From an uncultured Bacilli bacterium (GTDB taxonomy: Bacteria > Bacillota_I > Bacilli_A > RF39 > UBA660), in assembly GCA_910576795.1 (NCBI GenBank), contig CAJTIX010000005.1, positions 6,804-70,803 of the forward strand: a DNA stretch of 64,000 nucleotides, in the 5' to 3' direction. Under the pieces are notes generated by a model. It did not search any database and had not been told where the DNA came from. It worked only from the letters and a program-made list of their open reading frames with translations. Position 1 is the stretch's first letter. Each line of letters starts with the position of its first letter. This document shows positions 40,952-48,518 of the stretch, piece after piece. The position numbers and the translations under genes were made by a program.

Positions 40952-41797
40952 ATGGCAAATAAAATGATTGAAGTTCAAACTATTAAAGTTAATATTTCAA
41001 GTATAAATGAAGATGATTATATATGTATTTCAGATATAGCAAAGGCTAAAAGTGATAAATCTCGTGCTGCTGATGTTATTAGAAACTGGTTAAGAAACAG
41101 AAGTACTTTGGATTTTTTAACTGCTTGGGAACAGATTTATAATCCAAATTTTAAAGTGTTCGAATCTGAACACTTTAGAAAACAAGTTGGCTTATTAACA
41201 TTTACTCCTAGTGTTAGTGAATGGTGTGAGAGGACAAGTGCTATTGGCATATATTCAAAATCTGGTAAATATGGCGGTACATATGCACATAAAGATATAG
41301 CATTTGAATTCGCTGCTCAAATTAGTCCTATTTTTAAATTATATTTAATAAAGGAATTTGAAAGATTAAAACAGTTAGAAAATCAAAATAGAGAATGGGA
41401 TGTAAAAAGAATATTAACAAAGAATAATTATTTAATTCATACTGACGCTATTAAAAATTATATATTACCAGATAATAATTATTTCAAAGATAGAGAGTGG
41501 CTTAAATATGCAGAAGAAGCAGATATTTTAAATGTAGCATTATTTCATACGACTGCTAAGAAATGGAGAGAACTAAATCCTGATTTAGCAAAAAATTCTA
41601 ATATTAGAGATTATGCTTCGATAAATGAATTGACTGTTTTATCTAATTTAGAATCACATAATGCAGAGTTAATTAAAGAAGGAAAAGAAAAAACAGAAAG
41701 ATTTGAAATATTAAGCGAAATTGCTAAGTATCAATTAGATATACTTAATAATGCAGAAAAGATAAAATTATTAGGAGATAAAAATGATGACGAATAG
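40952..41797 (+). CDS. KilA-N domain-containing protein
   Basis: ISDIAKAK...NWLRNRSTLDFLTAWEQIYNPNFK, GKYGGTYAHKDIAFEFA, IHTDAIKNYILP and ALFHTTAKKWRELNP. Confidence 0.8.
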   Translation: MANKMIEVQTIKVNISSINEDDYICISDIAKAKSDKSRAADVIRNWLRNRSTLDFLTAWEQIYNPNFKVFESEHFRKQVGLLTFTPSVSEWCERTSAIGIYSKSGKYGGTYAHKDIAFEFAAQISPIFKLYLIKEFERLKQLENQNREWDVKRILTKNNYLIHTDAIKNYILPDNNYFKDREWLKYAEEADILNVALFHTTAKKWRELNPDLAKNSNIRDYASINELTVLSNLESHNAELIKEGKEKTERFEILSEIAKYQLDILNNAEKIKLLGDKNDDE

Positions 41798-42071
41798 TAA
41801 ATATAATATTGAAGAAATAAAAGAAAAGCTGGATAGGTGCAAAAATATGAAACTTGAAGATGTTACTTTAGATGATGTAGATGAAATAAGTTCTATAAAA
41901 AGTGATAGGAGGAAATCAAGTGAAGAAAGAATATTAGATTTTTTAACAAAAGTTAAAAATCCATATATATTTAAAGTAAATGGAAAGTTAGTAAGAATGA
42001 GGTTTTCGGAAAATCCTGATTTAACAGCAGAAGATTGCTTAACAAGGGTATTAGAAAATTTATATAGATAG
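41784..42071 (+). CDS. small conserved mobile-element-associated protein (DUF6870-like, tentative)
   Basis: 95 aa, overlaps the kilA-N stop. The KNPYIFKVNGKLVRMRF pattern was recalled from clostridial MGE proteins. Confidence 0.45.
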   Translation: MMTNSKYNIEEIKEKLDRCKNMKLEDVTLDDVDEISSIKSDRRKSSEERILDFLTKVKNPYIFKVNGKLVRMRFSENPDLTAEDCLTRVLENLYR

Positions 42072-42083
42072 TGAGGAATTTAT

Positions 42084-42858
42084 ATGATTAATATAAGAGC
42101 GATAATTTTAGATGTTGATGGAACACTATTAAATGATAATAAAAAAATAGGTGAAAAAACTATTAGTATTTTAAAGCAAGTCAAAAATGATATTAAAATA
42201 ATCCTCGCAAGTGCTAGACAATTTTATACTATAAAACCATATTTAGAAGAATTGGATTTGCTAGATAATGATAATTATACTATTAGTTTTAATGGAGCAC
42301 TGATAGTTGATAACAAAGAAAATCAATTATTTTCCTCCCGTATTAGTCCAAAAGTATTGATTGAAATAGATTTTTATTTTAAATAATAGTATTAATTGGA
42401 CTTATTATTTATATGATAGTAGACTATTAAGAAATGAAATTAATAATATTAAAGAATTTGTGTGTAAAAATACGATATATAAAATAGTTGGTATAGCAAC
42501 TCCTAATGAAATAGAACAAATTAGAAAAAATCTACCTAAATGTATATTAGATAATTTAGAAATAACAAGCAGTGAATTAAATAGAATAGAATTTGTTAAT
42601 AAAGGTATGACTAAACTTAAGGCAATAGATTTATTATTAAATAGATTAAATATTGATAAAGATAATACTGTAGCAATTGGTGACGGGGAAAATGATATAG
42701 ATATGATAAAATATGTTGGATGTGGAATTGCCATGTTAAATTCACCTCAAATAGTGAAAGAAAATGCTGATATTGTCACCAAGTTCTCTAATAATGAAGA
42801 TGGGATTTATTATGTAATTAATGACTTATTGAATAAAGAGGGTGCAGAAAATGAATAA
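42084..42858 (+). pseudogene. Cof-type HAD-IIB hydrolase, frameshifted
   Basis: N-terminal half ILDVDGTLLN (42084-42386) and C-terminal half GDGENDIDM (42460-42858) lie in different frames. The second frame is open from 42370, so the shift falls in a T-run near 42371-42384. Confidence 0.75.
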
Positions 42859-42958
42859 TGACAATCGACAAAATTCGACAAATAATATAAATTGGGATAT
42901 CCAGATTTATGGAAACACTTCCGAAAACCCCTATAAAATAAGAAAAATTAATATGTAA
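42851..42958 (+). CDS. 35-codon small ORF A (speculative)
   Basis: MNNDNRQNSTNNINWDIQIYGNTSENPYKIRKINM. Overlaps the HAD stop and is paralogous to ORF B at 44470. Confidence 0.25.
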   Translation: MNNDNRQNSTNNINWDIQIYGNTSENPYKIRKINM

Positions 42959-43000
42959 TATAATACATATTTTGATAAAATTAAGAAAGAAGGTGTAATT

Positions 43001-44005
43001 TTGGAAAATAAAAACGAAATAATGATTTATGAAGATAAAGATGGAATTACTAAAGTTAATGTAAAGTTCAATGATGAAGATATTTGGGTATCTAAATATC
43101 AAATTGCTGATTTGTATAACACAACTAGGCAAAATATAGAACAGCATATTAAGAATATTTATAATGATAAAGAATTAGAAGAAAATTCAACTTGCAAGAA
43201 TTTCTTGCAAGTTCAAAAAGAAGGTAATCGAGAAGTTAAAAGAAATATTGATCATTATAATTTAGATATGATAATTGCTTTAGGATATCGAGTTCAATCA
43301 GATGTTGCGGTAAGATTTAGAATATGGGCAACAAAAAGATTACACGAATACATCCAGAAGGGCTTTGCTTTAGATGATGAAAGACTAAAGCAAGGGGGCA
43401 ATAGATACTTTAAAGAATTACTACAAAGAATTAGAGATATTCGTTCTAGTGAAAGAAATTTTTATCAACAAGTAACGGATATATATGCAACAAGCATTGA
43501 CTATAATCCAAGAAGTGATATCACAAAAAAGTTTTTTGCTACAGTACAAAATAAATTACACTTTGCAGTTCATGAACATACAGCAGCAGAACTTATTTAT
43601 GAAAGAGTTGATAATAAAAAGCCTTATGTTGGAATGACTAATTTTAAAGGAGATTATGTTACAATAGATGATGTAAAAATTGCTAAAAATTATTTATCTG
43701 AAATTGAACTTCAAAGATTAAATCTATTAGTATCACAATTTTTAGATTTTGCTGAGTTACAAGCATTAGAACAAAGAACAATGAGAATGCAAGATTGGGT
43801 AGAAGAATTAGATAATCAAATACTTCTAAATAGAAGAAAAATACTAGAAGGTAATGGTAAAATTTCACATGATGAAGCAATAGAAAAGGCTGAAAAAGAA
43901 TTTAATATATATCGTGAAAGAGAAATGAAAGAATTACAAAGTGATTTTGATTTATTAATGAAATCACTACCAAGCCATAATAAAAAAGGTGATGAAAATG
44001 AATAA
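43001..44005 (+). CDS. rhuM: RhuM family protein (paralog 2)
   Basis: YNLDMIIALGYRVQSDVAVRFRIWATKRLHEYIQKGFALDDERL and HTAAELIYERVD. TTG start after a GAAGGTG RBS. Confidence 0.85.
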   Translation: MENKNEIMIYEDKDGITKVNVKFNDEDIWVSKYQIADLYNTTRQNIEQHIKNIYNDKELEENSTCKNFLQVQKEGNREVKRNIDHYNLDMIIALGYRVQSDVAVRFRIWATKRLHEYIQKGFALDDERLKQGGNRYFKELLQRIRDIRSSERNFYQQVTDIYATSIDYNPRSDITKKFFATVQNKLHFAVHEHTAAELIYERVDNKKPYVGMTNFKGDYVTIDDVKIAKNYLSEIELQRLNLLVSQFLDFAELQALEQRTMRMQDWVEELDNQILLNRRKILEGNGKISHDEAIEKAEKEFNIYREREMKELQSDFDLLMKSLPSHNKKGDENE

Positions 44006-44480
44006 GTTATTATTTACTGCCTTTAATGGAAAAAGAAATTCCTCAAAAATATTGTTAGATAATATTATTACAGAAAATAAGTTATATTTAAAAAATAGTT
44101 TTGAAACATCTGTAAAACAATTTATAAAGGAAATTACCAATATAGACTACGATTTTATTATTTCTTTCGGACAAGCGCCTCTTGAAAAAGATAATTTAAA
44201 AATAGAAATTATGGCTAGTGGGGAGGATATTTATAAAACTGAATTTGATTATCTTGGATTGCAAAAAATATTCGAAAAAAGTAAATTCAAAGTATTAATC
44301 TCTAACAATGCAGGTAATTATTTATGTAACAATATATATTATGAAGGTCTCAAATATATAAATAAAAATAGATTAAAAGCCAAAATGATATTTATACATA
44401 TACCAAATATAGAAAATATAAGTGATATTAATGAACTTACTATGTTATTAAATGAAGGAAGTGATATTTGTGTCAAATGA
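43989..44480 (+). CDS. peptidase C15 (pyroglutamyl-peptidase I)-like protein
   Basis: Alignable by eye to Pcp: LLFTAFNG..NSS, FGQA...EIMA (Glu), NNAGNYLCNNIYY (Cys) and IFIHIP (His). Overlaps the rhuM2 stop. Confidence 0.55.
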   Translation: MMKMNKLLFTAFNGKRNSSKILLDNIITENKLYLKNSFETSVKQFIKEITNIDYDFIISFGQAPLEKDNLKIEIMASGEDIYKTEFDYLGLQKIFEKSKFKVLISNNAGNYLCNNIYYEGLKYINKNRLKAKMIFIHIPNIENISDINELTMLLNEGSDICVK

Positions 44481-44577
44481 TGATAAAAAAGTGTTTCCAT
44501 CTGCCCAGATAAACTGGGATAACCCAACAAAAGGACAACTCACTTCAAACCTTTATAATAAAGAGCTTTTTTCTTAA
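44470..44577 (+). CDS. 35-codon small ORF B (speculative)
   Basis: GTG start. MSNDDKKVFPSAQINWDNPTKGQLTSNLYNKELFS. Overlaps the stop of the C15-like gene. Confidence 0.25.
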   Translation: MSNDDKKVFPSAQINWDNPTKGQLTSNLYNKELFS

Positions 44578-44604
44578 AAAGATATTACACTAATTGTAAA
44601 AAGG
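44532..44604 (+). repeat. junction motif, copy iv
   Basis: AGGACAACTCACTTCAAACCTTTATAATAAA..GATATTACAC. Confidence 0.7.
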
Positions 44605-44615
44605 AGACAAAAGTT

Positions 44616-45323
44616 ATGAAAGAATGTTTGATATTATTTTCTGGGGGAAAGGATTCATTACTGAGTGCTATATTATTGATAGAACAAGGCTATAAAATTA
44701 AATTGGTACACTATGATAATATGTGTACAGTAGGTTGTAGCAATATTAAAAATGGTTATAAAAGATTAGTAAAGAAATACGGCTCTGATAAGGTTGAATA
44801 TTTAGGAGTTAAAAATATTAGTTGTTTTTTTAGAAAATTTATTTGTGTAATGTATAACATGCAAATTGATGAAATTAAAGAAAAGTATGGAAATATATCT
44901 ATATCACAATTAAATTGCTTATCTTGTAGATTGTCTATGTATATTGCATCAATATTAATTTGTAAAAAATATAATATAAAATATGTTGCAGATGGAGCAA
45001 GAAATAGCCAATTATTTGCAATAGAACAAGACAAAATGTTAGACTTATTTAAAGATTTATTTAATCAATATAATATAGACTTATTATTACCTGTTAAAAA
45101 TATTACAGATGATTTTGATGAGAAAAATCAACTTCTCTTAAGAGGTATTATTCCAAAGGTAAAAGAATCACAATGTTTATTAGGAATGCCTCTTTTAAAT
45201 AATAAAGTAGATGAAGAATCGCTTGAAACTTGTACTAAAATTTACAAAAAATTATTTGAACATATGGCTCAAGATATGATTGAACAATTTTATAATATTG
45301 AAATAGGTGAGGTATTTATTTGA
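44616..45323 (+). CDS. PP-loop ATP pyrophosphatase, TtcA/TtuA/LarE-like
   Basis: ILFSGGKDSLLSA PP-loop. NCLSCRLSMYIASILICKKYNIKYVADGARN resembles the CxxC..R...L....G segment of Fe-S dependent thiolases. A further Cys lies in ESQCLLG. Confidence 0.65.
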   Translation: MKECLILFSGGKDSLLSAILLIEQGYKIKLVHYDNMCTVGCSNIKNGYKRLVKKYGSDKVEYLGVKNISCFFRKFICVMYNMQIDEIKEKYGNISISQLNCLSCRLSMYIASILICKKYNIKYVADGARNSQLFAIEQDKMLDLFKDLFNQYNIDLLLPVKNITDDFDEKNQLLLRGIIPKVKESQCLLGMPLLNNKVDEESLETCTKIYKKLFEHMAQDMIEQFYNIEIGEVFI

Positions 45324-45871
45324 TGTGTGATAATAGAAGTAAAAAATTTATTTTTGTTCCTTTTTGTTTGATGGCTCAAGCATATCAAGCTCAAGGAATA
45401 GTTAAATATGATTGGAAAGGAACAATAAAACCTATTATGCAATTACTAATAGATAATGAAATAAATATTATTCAAATGCCATGTGCAGAAAGTTTATATA
45501 AAAATAGTTTAATTAGAGAACCAAAAGGATTATCAAAATATAATACTATAGAATTTAATGAACATTGTAATGAGTTGGCAGAAAAAGTTTTTAAAGAAAT
45601 AAAAAATATAATTAATTCGGGTTATGAAGTACTTGCAATACTAGGTATTGAGCATTCTCCGTCTTGTTGTGTAAATTATATATATACTAATAAGGGAATG
45701 GAAAAGAGAAAAGGATTGTTTATAGAAAAAATATATGATAAATTACAAAAGGAAAATATAAATATTCCTATTATTGGTATTAATAGAAAATATATAAATA
45801 AAACAATAAAAGAGTTAAAAACATTTATAGAAAATGGAAGTGGTTTTAATGAGAAAAAAAGAAGAAAATAA
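45323..45871 (+). CDS. DUF523/TudS-related putative [4Fe-4S] desulfidase-like protein
   Basis: Three Cys in TudS-like contexts: FVPFCLM, QMPCAES and EHSPSCC. TGATG overlap with the PP-loop gene. Confidence 0.5.
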   Translation: MCDNRSKKFIFVPFCLMAQAYQAQGIVKYDWKGTIKPIMQLLIDNEINIIQMPCAESLYKNSLIREPKGLSKYNTIEFNEHCNELAEKVFKEIKNIINSGYEVLAILGIEHSPSCCVNYIYTNKGMEKRKGLFIEKIYDKLQKENINIPIIGINRKYINKTIKELKTFIENGSGFNEKKRRK

Positions 45872-46742
45872 AAGTTGTCCATTTGTAGGGATAAACTGGT
45901 ATCCCGGCCATATGGCCAAAACCAAAAGACTAATTTCAGAAAAAATAAATCAAATTGACATTGTATATGAAGTAATAGATGCTAGAATTCCGTATTCCTC
46001 AAAAATTACAGATATTGATCAATACATTAAAAATAAACCTAGTATTTTAATCTTTACGAAAATGGATTTATGTGATTTGAAAGAAACTAAAAAATGGATG
46101 GAATATTATGAAAAAAAGGGGTATACGGTTCTTGGCGTTGATTTAACAACAACCAATTGTACCAAGCAAATTATAGATATGACAATAAAAATTTTAGAGG
46201 GACAAGCTATCAAAAGAGAACAAAAAGGTCTACAAAAACGTAAAGCAAGAGTATTAGTTGTTGGAATTCCAAATGCAGGAAAATCGACTTTAATCAATCG
46301 ATTGGTTGGTAAAAAAGCAGTAGTGGTTGGTAATAAACCAGGTGTAACTAAAAATTTAGATTGGATACGAATTAATGAATCCATAGAATTACTTGATTCT
46401 CCAGGAATTCTGTGGCCTAAATTTGAATCAAATGAAGTTGCCTTCAATTTAGCGAGTCTTACTGCCATCAAAGAAGAGGTACTACCTTTAGATGAAGTAG
46501 TAATCTATATTTTAGAGACCTTAGAAACCTATTATCCAGAAATTCTAAAAGCACGTTATGGAATAGAAAAACTGAATGAGGATATTATAGAAACACTAGA
46601 ATTCATTGGGAAAAAAAGAGGATGTCTTATTCGTGGTGGCGAAATTGATTATGAAAAAGTATATACTGTTATTTTAAATGATATCAAAGATGGTAGTATC
46701 AAAGGTATTACCTTTGATCGGATGGACAATCATGGAAAATAA
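45849..46742 (+). CDS. rbgA: ribosome biogenesis GTPase A (YlqF/RbgA)
   Basis: INWYPGHMAKTKR, circularly permuted GTPase motifs (TKMDL, GIPNAGKST, DSPG). Confidence 0.9.
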   Translation: MRKKEENKSCPFVGINWYPGHMAKTKRLISEKINQIDIVYEVIDARIPYSSKITDIDQYIKNKPSILIFTKMDLCDLKETKKWMEYYEKKGYTVLGVDLTTTNCTKQIIDMTIKILEGQAIKREQKGLQKRKARVLVVGIPNAGKSTLINRLVGKKAVVVGNKPGVTKNLDWIRINESIELLDSPGILWPKFESNEVAFNLASLTAIKEEVLPLDEVVIYILETLETYYPEILKARYGIEKLNEDIIETLEFIGKKRGCLIRGGEIDYEKVYTVILNDIKDGSIKGITFDRMDNHGK

Positions 46743-47100
46743 AAATGTCCTAGCTTTGGCTTATTTAGGAGACGCCATTTATGAATGTTATATCAGGGAG
46801 TATCTACTCAAAAAAGGAACCGAGAAAGTAAAAGAATTACAAGCACTTGCAGTTTCTTATGTCAGTGCAAAAAGCCAATGTCAATTTGTGAAGGCAATGA
46901 TAGAACAGAAGTTTTTATCAGAAAAAGAATTGGATGTTGTATTACGTGCTCGTAATCATAAAAGCCATAAAAGCCCTAAAAATACAGATGTTGCAACCTA
47001 TAAATATGCAACTGGATTAGAAGCATTAATTGGATTTCTATATTTGGAACAAAATAAAACAAGAATTGATGAAATTATGAAATGGATTACAGGTGAATAA
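46732..47100 (+). CDS. mrnC: mini-ribonuclease III
   Basis: LALAYLGDAIYECYIREYLL and ATGLEALIGFLYL. Confidence 0.85.
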   Translation: MENKNVLALAYLGDAIYECYIREYLLKKGTEKVKELQALAVSYVSAKSQCQFVKAMIEQKFLSEKELDVVLRARNHKSHKSPKNTDVATYKYATGLEALIGFLYLEQNKTRIDEIMKWITGE

Positions 47101-47101
47101 T

Positions 47102-47797
47102 ATGTATATATATGGAAAAAATGTAGTAACAGAATATATTAAAAATAATAAAAAAATCAAAAAAGTCTATATTTATAAGAATTTCAATGATGAATTTATT
47201 CTTTCTGCTATACAAAAAAAGAATATTGAAGTCAAATTCCTAGAAAAATTTGAATTAGATAAACTTGCAAATGGAATGCATCAAGGTATAATATTGAGTG
47301 TACCTGATTATGTGTATACACCATTAGAAGAATTATTATCCAAAGAAAATCCTGTTTTGGTTATTTTAGATCACTTAGAAGATCCCCACAATTTTGGAGC
47401 AATCATTCGGACATGTGAAGCTGCAGGTGTTGATGGTATTATCATTCCAAAAGATCGTAGCGTAGAAGTCAATTCTACTGTGATTAAAGTCAGTACTGGG
47501 GCTATAGATCACATGAAAATTGCATGTGTAACCAATTTAAGTCAAACCATTCGCACACTCAAAGAAAAAGGATTTTGGGTGATTGGAACGGATATGGAAG
47601 GAACTGATTATGATAAACTGGATTATACTGGACGAATTGCACTAATCATAGGCAATGAAGGAAGCGGAATGAGTAGACTGGTCCAAGAATCTTGTGATTT
47701 TATAGCTAAAATCCCAATGCAAGGAACTGTAAATAGTTTAAATGCTTCCGTTGCAACTGGTATAGTAGTATTTGAAGCAATGTTAAAAAGAAAGTAG
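47102..47797 (+). CDS. rlmB: 23S rRNA (guanosine-2'-O)-methyltransferase RlmB (SpoU/TrmH family)
   Basis: DPHNFGAIIRT, IIGNEGSGMS and SLNASVATGI motifs. Position after mrnC matches Bacillus. Confidence 0.85.
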   Translation: MYIYGKNVVTEYIKNNKKIKKVYIYKNFNDEFILSAIQKKNIEVKFLEKFELDKLANGMHQGIILSVPDYVYTPLEELLSKENPVLVILDHLEDPHNFGAIIRTCEAAGVDGIIIPKDRSVEVNSTVIKVSTGAIDHMKIACVTNLSQTIRTLKEKGFWVIGTDMEGTDYDKLDYTGRIALIIGNEGSGMSRLVQESCDFIAKIPMQGTVNSLNASVATGIVVFEAMLKRK

Positions 47798-47806
47798 GTA
47801 GGTATT

Positions 47807-48427
47807 ATGAATTATAAAGAATATAACGATTATGAACTTTTAAGTTATGTCAGTGAAAACCATGAAGATGCGAGTAATATTCTTTATCAAAAATATCAAC
47901 CATTTATTGAAAAATTAGCTTATAAATTATACCCATATGTGAAGTATGCAGGGTTAGAAATTAACGATTTAATACAAGAAGGATTAATGGGACTAATGAA
48001 CGCTATTGATCATTTTAAAGAACAAAAAGATACCACTTTTTATACATTTGCAATTACCTGTATTAAGCACAAAATGATTAGTACAGTTGTTGCAACCAAA
48101 CGTTTAAAAAATAGGATTTTAAATGAATCTATTCCGATTGATGCAGTTGCAGATGGAGGCGAATCCTATTCATTAGAATATTTATTTGGGGATGATACTA
48201 CCAATCCAGAAACTGTTCTAATGAATCATGAATATGAAAATCAAATGATTGGCATTGCCAAAGATAAACTAACTGCCTTTGAAAGTATGGTATTTGATCT
48301 AAAAATGAGTGGATTTGAATACAAAGAAATTTCGGAGATTCTTGATAAAGAACCAAAGGCCGTAGACAATGCCTTGCAGAGAATTAGAAGTAAACTAAAA
48401 GAGATAAAACATCAGAAAGAAGTCTAG
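47807..48427 (+). CDS. sigH: sigma-70 family sigma factor, SigH-like
   Basis: Region 2 (DLIQEGLMGLMNAIDHF) and region 4 HTH (YKEISEILDKEPKAVDNALQR). Synteny mrnC-rlmB-sigH. Confidence 0.7.
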   Translation: MNYKEYNDYELLSYVSENHEDASNILYQKYQPFIEKLAYKLYPYVKYAGLEINDLIQEGLMGLMNAIDHFKEQKDTTFYTFAITCIKHKMISTVVATKRLKNRILNESIPIDAVADGGESYSLEYLFGDDTTNPETVLMNHEYENQMIGIAKDKLTAFESMVFDLKMSGFEYKEISEILDKEPKAVDNALQRIRSKLKEIKHQKEV

Positions 48428-48443
48428 AAAAGACCGAGAACAG

Positions 48444-48468
48444 AAATCCAAAATTTGGATTTTTTTTA
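48444..48468 (+). terminator. rho-independent terminator after sigH
   Basis: AAATCCA-AAATT-TGGATTT followed by T7. Confidence 0.7.
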
Positions 48469-48518
48469 ATTGTCAATAAAAGAACTATATGTTATTATTA
48501 ATAATAGGAGTGTGTAGT

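Noticed and set aside
42370-42385. HAD gene frameshift as programmed ribosomal frameshifting.
   Set aside because: No slippery heptamer or downstream structure is evident. Decay or a homopolymer sequencing error in an accessory block is more parsimonious.
42405-43147. Minus-strand ORFs 42405-42734 and 42818-43147, together with 38619-38852, 35498-35695, 43683-43880, 44339-44530, 44756-45034 and 45676-45882.
   Set aside because: They are antisense to better-supported plus-strand genes or span intergenic junk. The translations are hydrophobic and low complexity, with no RBS.
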